Source: Paraspadella gotoi
Taxonomy: Eukaryota; Animalia; Chaetognatha
Assembly (NCBI GenBank): GCA_051294375.1
Contig: CM119268.1
Coordinates: 795,218 to 859,217 of the forward strand
Direction: 5' to 3'
Length of the DNA stretch: 64,000 nucleotides
Shown here one piece after another: positions 11,401 to 24,005 of this stretch. The number at the start of each line of letters is the position of its first letter. Position 1 is the stretch's first letter. The position numbers and the translations under genes were made by a program. The notes below the pieces were generated by a model. The model was not told where the DNA came from. It searched no databases and saw only the letters and a list, made by a program, of their open reading frames with translations.

Positions 11401-14400
11401 GCCTTCAATTGTGACCCGGTGGCTTATTGAGAAGTACCATCAGCAGATAACTATTAGTTTCCAGGATCGATCCCCAACAGTGCCTGCCCTGAAATCTCCC
11501 CTACGGTGATGCCAAGCTCAGGACTCGTTCCATCGCTGTTGAGGAGGGCAGATAGAAGATACTCAACGCCTGGAAACTGGCACCGCACAATCGATATCCT
11601 TTGTTCAAAACCAAACATTCCTCCCTCCAATCACCCAGGGGGCGATTTGGTTCGAGATGGCCAAACAAGGATTCTTTACTTTGGCCAGCGACGATTGGGT
11701 TCTTGGGCCCAACGCTCTCTATGACTTTCAAAAGAATGACTACGATTTGGGCAGAGCCATCAGGAATAAAGTGAGTCAGATGCAACGAGTTGAGTTACGA
11801 TTTGATATCTGGATGCAAATTCCAGTTTTAAAGATTATTATGTAGTATTTATTGGGTGATGAGTTAGAAAGCTGATCTTTAAAATTAAAATCATCAATGG
11901 GGACAATGAGAGATGAATAAAGAGTCAGTAAACCATTTTTTAATATAAAATCTATTAAATTGAGACCCTTTTTGTGGAGACAAAGTTGACGAGGTCCTCC
12001 AATCGCCTCGATCCTTTGACAGATTCGATTCTCTCTACTCCTGTAGTCAAGGAATGATGTCGGGTTCGGCGCTACTCGATTTCATGGAGACAATAATCGA
12101 TACTCATCGAGATCACGGGGATAATCTCTTCTCTTTCATCTCTCCAACGTGAGTCTTTTTTTAGTCGCTGATAGTGAATGAGCTGAGAAATGATGTAATC
12201 ATTGTGAATGTTAAAAAAAAGAGAAAATGTATTTAGGCATTCACTTTTTAACGTACATTTAAACGTTGTTTATAGTATATGATGATAAAACAAGTTTCAA
12301 ACAATGTCGGATCTTCTCACGATAATTTTTCCTTTATTTTTCTTTCTTTCTTTCTTTATTTAAAAGGACATACGGATGGACGGACAGACAGATATAATTC
12401 AAGATAGTCAATTCACAGTCGTCAATTTTTGCTCCAAGATTTTTAATTAAAGATTTTCAATTAAAGATTTTTAATTGACTGTAGACGACTCATGATCAAC
12501 AATGCACGATTGACGATTGAAATTATTTGTGATGTGATTTTTGCGTCTTTTGCCAACCCATAGTGTATAAAGTAAATTCAACTGTTTTGCCTTTTGGGTT
12601 TAAACATTATTCAAAAGAATCCTGATGTCTTCGTTTCAGCTATTGGTCCCACGACAAGGAAGACAATTTGATTAACGCTGACCGGTCGATGTTGCAGACG
12701 TTCCAGCGACTAAGAGACGCTGGAGATTTGGATCGAACCGTCGTCTTTGTTCTCGGTTCGATTATAAAAGACTCTCTCTCTCTCTCACCTTCTTCCCCAT
12801 ACCCCCCCTCTCACAATTAGGCGATCACGGTCCTCATTTTGGTGACATCGTAATGTCTCGCGTTGGTCGCTACGAACAGCGTCATCCTCAGTCCTTCCTC
12901 CTCCTCCCTGATTGGTTCCGGACCCGATTTCCCGCCTTGGCCAAAGCTGCTCAACTCAACGCGCGTCGTCTCACCACGCCCTTTGATGTCCACGCCACGC
13001 TCAGACACCTGTTGCACCTGCAGACGAACGCGACTCCTTGGAGGAATGACCCGTCCGTCCCCGGCATCTCTTTATTGACGAAGGTTTGGAAAAGGGGGGG
13101 GAAGGGTGTCCGGCCGGGTGGGACCTATACGACAACAACAAGAATAACAACAACAACAACAATTTGAACCAGTTTAACCTTTGTTCGTTCGTTCATCATT
13201 TTCTCAATTGACATTTTTTTTAACCACTAACTTTTTTTAATACTTTTCTTAGAGAAAGCAAAGTATTTGTGAAATTAATACAACGATTTTTATTAAGAGA
13301 CGGACATGTTTCGGCTTGTTGGCTTCAAGCCTTCATCAGCATTTAACATTCATTAAAAAGTTTGTGTAAGAAGAGTGTGAGAGAGAGAGAGAGGGTAAAA
13401 GTTTTTCAACGAAGTGGTGAGACAGAATAGTGGTCAGATGTGAGGACAGGTTGAAGGTGAGGGCAGATTGAGTGAGTTGTGAAAAGAAGTGAAACTTGTT
13501 AGAGAGAGAGAGAGACAGAAACAACAGGGATAAATAATTAATAAAGATATATTTTTGCAGTGTACAACAAAGATGAAAGAGTTTGAAAAACTAATATTGG
13601 TGAAATTTAACATTTAACTAGTGAATAAATAAGTAATTAGCTAAGGGATAGTTAAGTGAAATTTGAAATGTGAAGGAAAATAGTTTTTTTATAGTTTTAT
13701 GTGATAATTAAGATACTAGTGAAATTCAAGGAAAAGAAAGAGCTCAAAATGAGCTGGCCCCCCTTGTTTTGTGCACATGAAGGGCAAGGACGATGATGAC
13801 GGGTCATTGGCGAGTCACTGGCCGAGAGGAGAGTGCGATCGAGCTGGTGAATGCCGCATTGGGAAGCAATCCTTGAGAAGAGATCCCCAGGGCCACTCTT
13901 ATGTCTCTTTGGCCTGATACGCCTGCCGGCTGCCCTCTTCTCGCCTGTTGACAAGGTGGGCGGTTGTCCGTTCTTGCCACTTTTGTGACAGGAGTGACGG
14001 ACTCCTCTCCCTCCTCCTGAAGCCGTCGTTTTGGGCGACGCTCAGTCCGCAGAGGGAGGGGCTGAGTTGCTGCATTAGAGGGAGAGGCATCGTTTGCCCA
14101 TTGCCTACGCACGGGTCATTTTGCACTGGTTTGCAAATGACAGGGTTTTTTTACCGGCGCTTGTAAAATTATCACCATGCTTTCTCTAATATAAATACAA
14201 CGAAAAAAAAGGATTATCGCATCAATACTTTTCTTGAGTTTCGAGTTTTCGAGACACATAGTCTTTTACTAGGATTTTCCTTTACTTTGACAGACGTTTT
14301 TTAGAGTGATTTAGTTGTTGTTGTTTTTTTTTTAAATAGTTTATTTTTCATCTCACGGTATAACATCCCTGAATTGCTTTTTTTTTATATGCAGGCTGTA

Positions 14401-16479
14401 GCGTAAAAATGAACCCCCATTCCCTTTCGTCTCTCAACCCCTTCTCCACCCCTGCCCCTCTCCCTAACCCCTCTTCCAGATCCCAACCAACCGCACCTGT
14501 TCCTCCGCATTCATCGAAGAAGCTCTCTGCGGCTGCAGAACGGTCGTCCCCGCGTCGAAGGAGGAGGTTCGGGAGGCGGGGCTCGCCGCCGTCGACGCCG
14601 TCAACAAAGCCCTTGAGAATTGGCACAACGTCTGCGTCGAGTTTCGGTTGGCCGAAGTCAGAAACGTTGAGAAGAGGGTGGACGAGGATAAGGAGGTTAG
14701 GGATCGAGAAGGGATGGTTTAACCATTAACCATTTACCATTTACCATTAACCATTAATCTTTCACATTGGGGTTCACACAAGCGTTTTCAGTCTTTAAGG
14801 CTCATGAGTTGGGGGACGATTGCGTTGGTATCAACGTGTACCTTTTAAGTCGCAGACTGTATCGATCTTTTGACGAAAAAACTTTAAATCAATGAATTGA
14901 GGCGACTTACCACCGGTCTCTCTCTCTCTCTAAACCCTTCCTCTCTCCTCTTTCTCCGAGCCGGTCTATTCCACACGGTCACTTTGCCCTAGCTTTGGCA
15001 ATGACCTTAGATTGACCGGACACAGTAATAGGGCCGAGGAGATCGTTAGGTCAAGTTGGTCCAGGTGATGATAAAAGTGGATCAGGAGAGAGCTCGTCTC
15101 ACTTCTTTTCTACTTCTCTTACATCGTCACAATTCTTCACTCTCTCTTCATATTTATTATTACCTTCTTCGTCTTCTACATTGGTGAGCCCGACGGAGAA
15201 AGAGGAGAGAGGAAGGGTTTAGAGAGAGAGACAGAATATCACATTTCTTAAACTTTTCTTTCACTCAACTGAAACGATTCGTGAGTTCAAATGAAAAGGA
15301 AATAAGAACCACTCACCGAGTGAACCAGGGTCAATTCTTGAAATTTTCTCACCTCTCTTTTCTTTCTCTTTTTTCAAACTCTTTTTATTTCTTCTCTTTC
15401 CCTTTTTTCTTTGTATTCTTTCTCTTTCTTATATCTCTGCCATTTATCTTTATTTTTTCTCCCTTTTATTTTCTTTCTCTTTCATAAACTCTTTCTCTCT
15501 TTCTTTCTTTTCTTTCTCTTTTTTCTAAGTTTGAATCAAACTCTTACTCTTTCTCTCTTTCTTTCTTTTCTCTCTCTTTCTTCAAACTCTTTCACTTTTT
15601 TCTTTTTCTTTCTTTTTCTTATCTTTTTTCCCTTTATCTTTCTAGAAAGAGAACTATTAAAAAATTAGAAAAGAATAAAACTGATTATATAGAAAAAAAT
15701 TTAAAAATTAAGATAATAAAAATCTTAAAAAGAAATGTAGCCTTTGCCCATGGCACTTTTACCGAGAAACCTCCCAAACTCGAAATAATGATATTGTGGC
15801 GAATCCTAAATTCGCCTCCCGTATAGCTTGGTGAAACTCAGCTCGTCTTGGAGGGCTTGGAGGGCTAAGTACTCGTTCACCAACCACGACTTCCGGGTTC
15901 AATCCCCTCACAGTCACGCCGGTTAAAATGTGATGATGTTGGCATAAACACATCAGTGACAGGTCCAAAGCCCTGAGCGCCTGCTGTCGGGAAATTCCTC
16001 ACACCCCGGGCATCACGCATGTCTCCCTCTTTTAGTCAATGTTGGAGAGAGATGTTACCGGTTACTTCGGTTGCCTTTTTTACCTCGTCGGTGCCAGGGT
16101 ATTCACTATCTACAACTGTTGGTGACTAGGTTCAAAGACGTAACATGCTTCACGACTTAATATCCCCTTTTCCGACAAGGACGCTCCCACCCTCCCTAGG
16201 CACCGAATCGGCAAACATCTCCCTCGGCCTTTAAACCATTCTCGAAATTCTCAGGTATACTGGATGGACGTGCTAATGGACGCGAAGCCCGCCACCTTCT
16301 CGGCAACCATCATCAAGAACTCGACGAGATACGAGGTCAAGACTATCTATCGATTGGACGCATGCGGCAAATGCGGTGACTGCATCAAGGATCCAGACTT
16401 TTCATTGAAACAAAAAAAAACATGCGTCTGTAAATATTCCGACTCCAAGAAGTATATCAAAAAAGGAGAGAGAAAGTGA
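8464..16479 (+). CDS. DUF229-family protein (alkaline phosphatase/sulfatase-like fold, N-terminal signal anchor), multi-exon
   Basis: Approximate exons: 8464-8629 (MATLYNL...KLFVIFFAAFMIIFIS, TM anchor); ~8900-9161 (TPGCSIIDEDPF); ~9725-9830; ~10998-11283 (FIIIVNDAVSRLNSIRSLPLTRKFL...EMLGYTKV); 11638-11770 (IWFEMAKQGFFTLASDD); ~11990-12149; ~12640-12755 (WSHD...DLDRTVVFVLG); ~12821-13083 (DHG...GRYEQRHP...LPDWF...NARRLTTPFDVHATL); ~14480-14695 (IPTNRTC...CGC); 16255-16479 (RLDACGKCGDC...CVC). The motif order matches DUF229 proteins as I recall them. Confidence 0.88.
9307..9497 (+). repeat. Structured interspersed repeat (copies ~3360-3550 -, ~43282-43510 +)
   Basis: Homologous hairpin-rich blocks: TGGCTC.GAGGGG...GGGTAACCG...CAGTGGCAGGCAG...CACTGAGGGT.GGAA.CCC.T.AAGCCAAC.GTGAGATG. 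Confidence 0.7.
9904..10090 (+). mobile_element. tRNA-derived SINE family B (other copies ~2760-2948 -, ~11411-11545 +, ~21826-22070 +)
   Basis: Shared GTGACC.GGTGGCTCATTGG head, B-box-like GG(A/T)TC(A/G)A(T/C)CCC and shared body CAAGC(C/T)CAGGAC(C/T)CGTTCCAT. Confidence 0.65.
13290..14300 (-). mobile_element. Penelope-like retroelement 3' fragment in a DUF229 intron
   Basis: Ends in a minimal hammerhead motif followed by AATAAA. The upstream translation (IRESMVIILQAP) loosely resembles the C-terminus of PLE GIY-YIG domains. The GAGCTCAAAATGAGCTGGCC segment is shared with 37886-37935. Mirrored at 1218-1662. Confidence 0.6.
13297..13345 (-). ncRNA. Minimal type I hammerhead ribozyme (PLE-associated)
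   Basis: Minus strand reads AAUG-CUGAUGA-A-GGCUUG-aagccaa-CAAGCC-GAAA-CAUG-UC^CGU: both core boxes intact, 6-bp stem II, palindromic ACAUGU stem III, short stem I. Confidence 0.75.
15840..16030 (+). mobile_element. Probable tRNA-derived SINE remnant
   Basis: B-box-like GGGTTCAATCCC at ~15895 in a GC-richer intronic island. Confidence 0.35.
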
Positions 16480-17754
16480 GAGAGAGAGAGAGAGAGACGA
16501 TGGAAATTTTAATATTTCGAACAAAATGATGCTCGAAAAATAACATTGACAATGTTGCAAAATTAAAAATTACCTATTATGTATTTTTAATTTCTTTAAA
16601 GGTTAGAGGTTAAGGATTACGTTAAGTATTTGTTAAAAGATTAGGGTTAAATATTTATTTTAATTAGATTCAGAGACAAAGAAGAAAAGAGTACCGCCCC
16701 TAGGGTGTATCAAAATCTAAAAGTTGTTCTGATCCTAATTTACATCTAACACGATGGCAACATAAAATAGGTTTGGACGAATCGCCATTCAAATTGGTCT
16801 AACACCCTCACGTCTACCCTTGCCTAAAGATATTTTAGCACACCTTTCACATCATAAGTCACTGTGTCTAAATAATAAATTTTAAAGTCCACCCTAATTT
16901 ATTAGTTGAAAAAATGTGCAAAGTTAACTATATTAAAATTTCAAGCCTCTATTAACATCTATCGGGTCCACAACAGCATCCACAACTTGCTGGAGAAGGT
17001 ACAATCCACTGCATTGATGGTATTATCAATGGAGTTGTGGAGGTAACCTAAAAATTTTCCAACAAATTATATTCTCAACTAGGTGCTCTTTGTAATTAAG
17101 TATAATTTTTTTTTAAAAATAGTGTAGTCACATCCTAGAGGATAAATCCTGTACAGATTCTTTTAAAAAGTAAATTATGCACAAAATAGTTATCAATAAT
17201 TTTTGTTATGGCATGAATCAATAAAGGTAGATGGGTTAACAGTGTATGCTAAATTTCATCTTGATTGACCAAATACTTTTCAAGCCCCTTTTAAAGCATT
17301 TTCCCAAAAAAATTTTAAAAAATGATGGTAAAGAAAATATTACAATTATTTTTTCAAAAATGGCTTCATTAGTTGAGAAAAGACTTTAATTTTATATTTT
17401 AACCATTATTTCGTGAAATTCAATCTCAACATGCTTTTTAGAGACATTCTTAAATTGTTGAAGGATGTGGACGAACGGTTGTGGCTGAAGAACAAGTTTA
17501 AAAAAGCAATAAGATTGTATTGTATATCAAAATTTATTTTTTTATTGATATCGGACTTACACTTTGACTTTTCATTAAGGTGTGCCTACATTTTTGTGGA
17601 TACTTGGATGTTAAGACTGCTTGAAGGATTGATAATTGATAATTGATAATTCGACTTTTAATAATCCCATAATATGTTCACTTACCGTTTATATGTATCA
17701 TATATCATATTTATGTGTAAATTTTTTTTTAAATACTAAAGCTTATTTTCTTAT

Positions 17755-18215
17755 TAAAAATGGCGCCGCCACGTTTTTGAAGTCATCCATGGCCTCGCTC
17801 ACCCTGGCGGCCGCGCAACAAAAAAATTGATCACGGAGAAATTCGTCTGGCCGTCAGCATCAACCGACGCCGCATAATGGAGCCGCACGTGCATCACGTG
17901 CCAACGAACCAAAGTGCAAGAACACATTCGCGCCCCATTTGAGACGCCGGAAAAAATATTCCAGCACGTCCACGTCGATCTCGTTGGTCCACCGGAATCT
18001 CGCGCCGGCCACAAAAACTACCTTCTCACGTGCATTGACCGCTTCACGCGATGGCCTGAAGCAATCCCTCTCAGAGAGATTTGGGCCGCCAATGTCGCCG
18101 TCAATTTCTTCCATGGTTGGGTCGCACGCTACGGCATCCCTACCACAGTCACTTCCAACCGTGGAGCTCAATTCACCTCCGAATTGTGGCGTCAACTCTC
18201 CGAGCTCGTGGGATT
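17755..18215 (+). mobile_element. Ty3/Gypsy LTR-retrotransposon integrase relic
   Basis: HGLAHPGGRAT...KFVWP...C-x2-C QRTK (H2C2 zinc-binding) then FQHVHVDLVGP...YLLTCIDRFTRWPEAIPL...WVARYGIPTTVTSNRGAQFTSELW (rve core). One in-frame stop, second catalytic Asp appears as Asn, 3' truncated. Confidence 0.92.
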
Positions 18216-18769
18216 TCGGGGGGGGGAAATGGCAAATAAAAGGTAGGAAAAGGGGAAAATGGAAAGAAAAAGAGGGGAAAAGAAATGGAAAGAATGAGAA
18301 GTAAAAAAAAATGAGAAGTAGGGGAGGAAAGAGGGAAAGAAAATAAAAATAAGGAGAAGAAAAGAGATGAAGAAAAAGAATCAGGACAAGGGTATGATGG
18401 AAAAAAATTGTATGAGATAATGTGGCGTCCTGCCTGTAAGTGAAGATTCTTATGAGGAATTCGATCTTTAAAAGTTCATAAAAATTCAAACATAGTTATT
18501 TCTAAAATTAAGATTTGATTGACAATCATTGAAGAAATCATGTCTTACCGAATTTTTAACTCATAGCCTACCGTTTTTAATAAAGAAAGCTTAATACTAA
18601 CCAATGAGATCAAGAAAGATGGTAATTATTGAAGTTCAGATTTCGTTGTCTAAAAGACTCTGATTGTATGCGGAACCCTTGCTTTTATAGCCCTCAATTC
18701 GGTCACGTGACTAGATGAAGATCTTGCTTTCTTAAAGAGCCAATATTTTGCTTTCTAATTTGCTAAAAT

Positions 18770-19271
18770 TATGCCCAAATAAGGAAATATTTAGCTTTTC
18801 CCAAAGCTAATTGTCACTTTAAAATGCCCAAATAAGGTAATATCTAGCTTTTCCCAAAGCTAACACGCCTCTAAAATGCCCAAATAAGGTAATATCTAGC
18901 TTTTCCCAAAGCTAACACCCTTTTCAAATGCCCAAATAAGGTAATGTCTAGCTTTTCACAAAGCAAACACCCTTTTAAAATGCCCAAATAAGGAAATGTC
19001 TAACTTTTCCCAAAGCTAACACTCTTTTAAAATGCCCAAATAAGGAAATGTTTAGCTTTTCCCAAAGCTAACACCCTTTTAAAATGCCCAAATAAGGAAA
19101 TGTTTAGCTTTCCCTAAAGCTATATTTTGCTTTCCCAAAAGCTAACTTTTTGCTTTGAAGATACCCAAATAAGAAAATGTTTGGCTCTCCCTAAAGCTAG
19201 ATTTTGCTTTCCCAAAAGCTACTCCTGTTTATAAAATTTCCTAATAAGGTCAATTTTGGCTTATCGAAAAA

Positions 19272-19320
<49 letters not shown>

Positions 19321-19410
19321 CGCCCAAATAAGGCAATCGTTTGCTTTTGCAAAAGCTATTGCTTTTTAATCATAGCCAAATAAGGAAGTTTTTAGCTTTT
19401 CCAAAAGCAA
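18770..19410. repeat. 52-bp tandem repeat with an internal hairpin (TAGCTTT-TCCC-AAAGCTA)
   Basis: AAATGCCCAAATAAGG recurs about every 52 bp (18821, 18873, 18925, ...). No unique spacers. Confidence 0.9.
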
Positions 19411-19596
19411 GCAAATAATTAATAGCAAGAAAATTAATACTTGACATAAATATTTTAACGTAATATATATATATATTTAACATAAAAAAGTCGTCCACTA
19501 CTTTTTTATTACACTCCTATTCGTTCCGCTCCCTCTTCCTCCTCATTCTTCCTTCTCCTCTTCCTCATAATTCCTCCTCTTCATTCTTCCTCCACC

Positions 19597-22500
19597 TCAT
19601 TCCTCCTTCTCCTCCTCTTCCTCCTCCTCCTCATTCCTCCTCCTACTCCTCTTCTCCAGCCCCATCAACATCAAACATCCAACAGCAACGGCGCCGGTCG
19701 ACGCCACCATGGCGACGACGGCGACGCTCGACGGTCGGCGATAGAATCGCGGCGTCGATTCGGTTCCGCAGGCGGCGTCGTCGTCGAAGGCGCTTATCAG
19801 CGCCGACAACGCCGCTGGGATGGAGATGGCGCTGACGGAATTGACGCACCAGAAGAGGCTTGAAAATAAGGTGGCGTCGACGCGGTTGTGATCGGAGGCG
19901 GTGTGGTCCGAGTTGACGTGGACAGAGTAGAAGTGGTCGGAGTTTCGGTCGAATTGGTCATGGTGGGTGTCAGTGTGGTCGGAGTAGAATTGATCAGCGC
20001 GGTCGGAGTGTGCGTGGTTTGGGTCGACGTAGTCAGAGTTGTGGTCGGAGTCGGAGTCGGAGTTGTGGTCGGAGTCGCAGAGCTCGTAAATTATGACCCA
20101 AGCCAAACAGTACCATCCTTTTTTTAAAAAAAAAAATATTATGAAAACGTTAGTTGTTAATGAACAGAAAAATTCAATAATTCTGCCACAAAATTTGCAT
20201 TCAATATTTATGTCAGTTTGCCGCTCACCCTGATGACAGAAGCCGAGAGACGCTGTCAAGAGCAAAATGCCGACAAAGGAATTGATGACAAAGATGTAGA
20301 GAAGTGTGTTGACAACGTTGTAGACCGAGTTGATTATCAGCACAAGCATTTTATGAGAAACTAAATTCATAAAAAAAATTTCTTTAACAATCACCTTTTT
20401 TAATTTTTTAAAATCTTAAATTTTAAGATTAAGTTAAAATGTTTTATATTTTACTTCCATTTCTATTCCATTTTGTAATTTTCTCTCATTTTAATAAATA
20501 ATAATTTCTAATTAATAATTATTAATAATTATTCAAGCCTAAAAATCTATTATTCGTAAAGGGACGTAATTGTACATAAATACAACACAGGACTCAAATA
20601 TTTCATCGTTACGTTAAAACTAATTTGTTACAAGAATTCTATTAAATAACTCACCCATCGGCCCCCACGAGAGCAAAGGCCCGAAAAACAACACTCCCAC
20701 GATTCCGCCAACACCGTAAGACGACAACACTCTCGAAATGCGGTGTTGTGCCAAGACGGAAACTGTTGTCTCGTTATCGGTGACGTTCCAATGATCTGAA
20801 AAAGACTCGGAAAGAAGAGGGGGCAGAAAAACTCGAATCCCGAACATGATTTTGCCTTCGAAAAATCCGTAGATGAGAAAAACAACAAGAATTCTGTTGC
20901 GGAGGATTCTCATGAGAATCTGGACGGAAGATTGGAGGAAGTGTGGTTCGATCTTTGGAGGATAATCGGGAAAAGGATTCGCTTCGTCCCTATTTTCTAT
21001 AAGATGATCGATGGTCTGGATGTTGTTTACATTAACGATCGATTGTTCGTTTTTAACGATCGATTGTTTGTTTTTGTTTTCTTCTAGTTCGATCATGAAA
21101 ATGACAAAAATTAAGATCAAAAGCCATAAAATTCCAAGCACCATGAGAGAACGTTTCCATCCATGACTGCGATTGAAAAAAAAAGTGGAGAATTTGACCC
21201 TTTTTTTGCATTTTTGATGCTGAAGACATTGAAATTTTTAAAAACATATTTTATATTTTTGATCTAACTTTTTATGAAGAATCAGAATCTTTAATAAAAA
21301 TTTTTTAAAAAATAATTTTGAAAATTTATGATTTTATAAGGATATTACTATAAATATATTGTAATTAATGATACTGTTCCCCAAACAATATAAGCAAAAC
21401 ATTTTTTGTACTCCTTAATCATACTATCTCACGTCTTAATATCCTTGTTTGTTCACTCAAATAAAATTTATGTTCCCCAGTGCTCCACTCTATTGGACAG
21501 GACGCCTAACCAACCTTTCGTTAAGAACTAAAGACAGTTCCTAAGTTCTGAAGTTAATAAACAACAGGCAGTCGAGCCTGCGTGGCCCCATTTGTTTGAC
21601 CAAATAATAGAATTTTTAAGTTGTAACAACAATAAGAATAACCTGGCGATGACGGAATCCGCTAAGAGAGGAAGAATCATCATTCCAACCGGGGCTCCGC
21701 TGTTTGAGATTCCATAAGCTAAGGCACGATACTTTTGGGTTGTCCTTCCTGAGATGATTTAAAAGTCGAAAGTTAATAGTTATACTATGTAAAATAAAAT
21801 TTTGATTATGATTTAATTTCTTGTCATGACCCGCTGGCTCATTGGGTAAAATCCATCGTCTATATGACCAGTGACTATTGACCACTGGGTGTCGGGTTCA
21901 ATCCCAACCTGGTACCCGCGTATAGTAAAGCGTGAGAACAGTTATATAATATATATATATATATATATTATATAATATATTATAAATACACCACATTTGA
22001 GGACCCGAGAACCCCCGAACCTTAGTTTCAAGCTCAGGACCCGTTCCATGGCCTAATAAAAGGGCTCAAAAAAGTGATGGAAGTCATCTTCAGCACACTT
22101 TGCTCCTTATTTATAAAATAGAAAAATTAGGATGATATGAAAGCAGTGATTCGAACCGATGAGATTAATTTTAATAAATTAAGATAAATTAAGATGATAT
22201 GAAAGCAGTGATTCGAACCGATGAGATTCATGGGAAACAACATGATGGAACCGCCAACGCAAAAGGAGGTCGCGCCGAGCAGAATGATGAGCGTTGCGAC
22301 CGAAGACGACGCCAATGACGCTGCAATGTAGCTGAGGAAGAACAATATGGAACGATTTTACAAGATGGATTAGAAGGGACCAAGTAGGGCTTTCTGTTAA
22401 GCTACTTTTTGCACCATCTATGGGTTCGTACAGACATAATCAGTTGTAAAGTACTCTGCTGTCTGTGTTAGGCCATTGTACAGCATTAATGTCACAACAG

Positions 22501-23490
22501 CATCATGTCTTGGTAGCTAAGCTTATTTTTTACGCCATCTCACTCACGCCGCTGCCAGAACGAGGCTCGCTACGACGAGAACGAGTTGACCGGAGAAACG
22601 TGAGAGAGCGAACGCGTGAATCGGACTCAGGAAACTGAAGAAAAATCCGAGACTTTGAACCCAAAGGAGAATCGAACGCGAAGTTGAGAATTCGTTGAGC
22701 CAAATCTCGAAAAATGAACCTGAAAATGAAAATTCGATAGTTTGAAATTTAGATATGAAGAGACAGTAATTATTGATATGTGTTAGTGACAGAACCGTTC
22801 AATGTAAGCAGTCAAAAAAGTTTTTCAGTTTTTCCGGCGAATCCGAAACTATTCCTAAAATTAAAAAAATATTATTTTGAAATTTTATGATTTTATAAGG
22901 ATATTACTATAAAAAATATTCAATTAATGATACTGTTATGCAAATCTTTTTTGAAAAAGGGCTTAATTATTTTTTATTACATATACAAAGGCAGCTCAAT
23001 CTTTTCATCACTCCACCCTACTACTCATATTATTATTAATATTATATATCTGACATAATTTTTTATCAGATTAAATAAATAAGATACAGTTCATAAGAAA
23101 CACATAAAGCCAAAGTTTCTTGATATCTAAATTTTATTTTTTCGATTCTTACATTAAAATGCCAAAAAATAGCTGGAAAGTGACCGCGACTATTTTTTTT
23201 CATCATGGTATTTCAGTAGTTTCATTCTTTATGTTTAAAATTTTTTGTAAACATTTTATATATTTTTATATACAAGGTACTAATATAAACTCATTCTCGA
23301 CTCAGATTGCACATAACAATGTCCCTTTCCTCTTTAACATCATCAACTTACCCAAGGAATGATTGATGCCCACCAATAGAAACATGGAAGCGAACCCGCC
23401 CACGACGATGGGAACTGACCAGATTGAGTCTTTGACGAATTTTGCGCGAGGAAAGAGACGCCCCAACAGATGGCGTGACGGAGAGGCCAT
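19597..23490 (-). CDS. SLC16/monocarboxylate-transporter-like MFS permease, multi-exon
   Basis: Exons splice in frame with GT-AG: MASPSRH...SIWSVPIVVGGFASMFLLVGINHSL / GSFFEIWLNEFSTSRSILLWVQSLG...SRFSGQLVLVVA / YIAASL...GGSIMLFPMNLI / GRTTQKYRALAYGISNSGAPVGMMILP / HGWKRSLMVLGILW...SYGVGGIVG / ...LGFCHQ / GWYCLAW... Hydrophobic helix pattern and SLC16-type motifs. Confidence 0.78.
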
Positions 23491-23974
23491 TGCGAAAAAC
23501 AGTTTAAACCGACGCGCGTGGATTATAATATATTTTGAAAGATTCTCATCTCATTTAACCGAAAACGATTCGAACTCGTTTCTTTGGCACGGTGCAAAAT
23601 AAGTCACTGCCCATTCGGTCTCCTTTGAGATGACCTCATTAATTAATGACCCTTATTGCTGGTATTTCATTTGATAAGTTTTATATGTATTTTGGACTTT
23701 TATGCGTTTAAAATAAAGAGAGTTGCAGAATTTTAAAGAAAAAGAAAAGAATCAAAAATCCTTTGAAAAAAAAACTCGTTTTTTTTTTCTTTTCGTTGAA
23801 AGGAAATTAGCAGACAGAGCGAGAAGAAAAGCTCTCGTTACACACAAATTAAACAGGTTTTAGAGAAAAAAAAGAAAGACCGAAAATGCAAGTTTGCAAT
23901 CTATTAACAAGTATTACTAAAAGTAAATCACCCAAAAAAAAAAACAACTGAAGTGTTAAATAAGTAAAATAATA

Positions 23975-24005
<31 letters not shown>

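Larger units (their letters stand above)
1..15390. repeat. Giant inverted duplication (imperfect palindrome): left arm 1-~5200, right arm ~7700-15390
   Basis: Reverse-complement matches: 1-1032 with ~14355-15390, 1218-1662 with 13803-~14250, 1763-~4640 with ~8200-11076. The same ORFs appear on opposite strands (1353..1661+ and 13804..14112-; 3487..3858- and 8980..9236+). Confidence 0.95.

Noticed and set aside
13804-14112. Independent 102-aa gene duplicated at 1353-1661
   Set aside because: GTG start, lies inside the Penelope-like fragment, and is duplicated only because of the palindrome.
18770-19410. CRISPR-like array with hairpin-containing repeats
   Set aside because: Units are head-to-tail with no unique spacers, there are no cas genes and the context is eukaryotic; it is a minisatellite.
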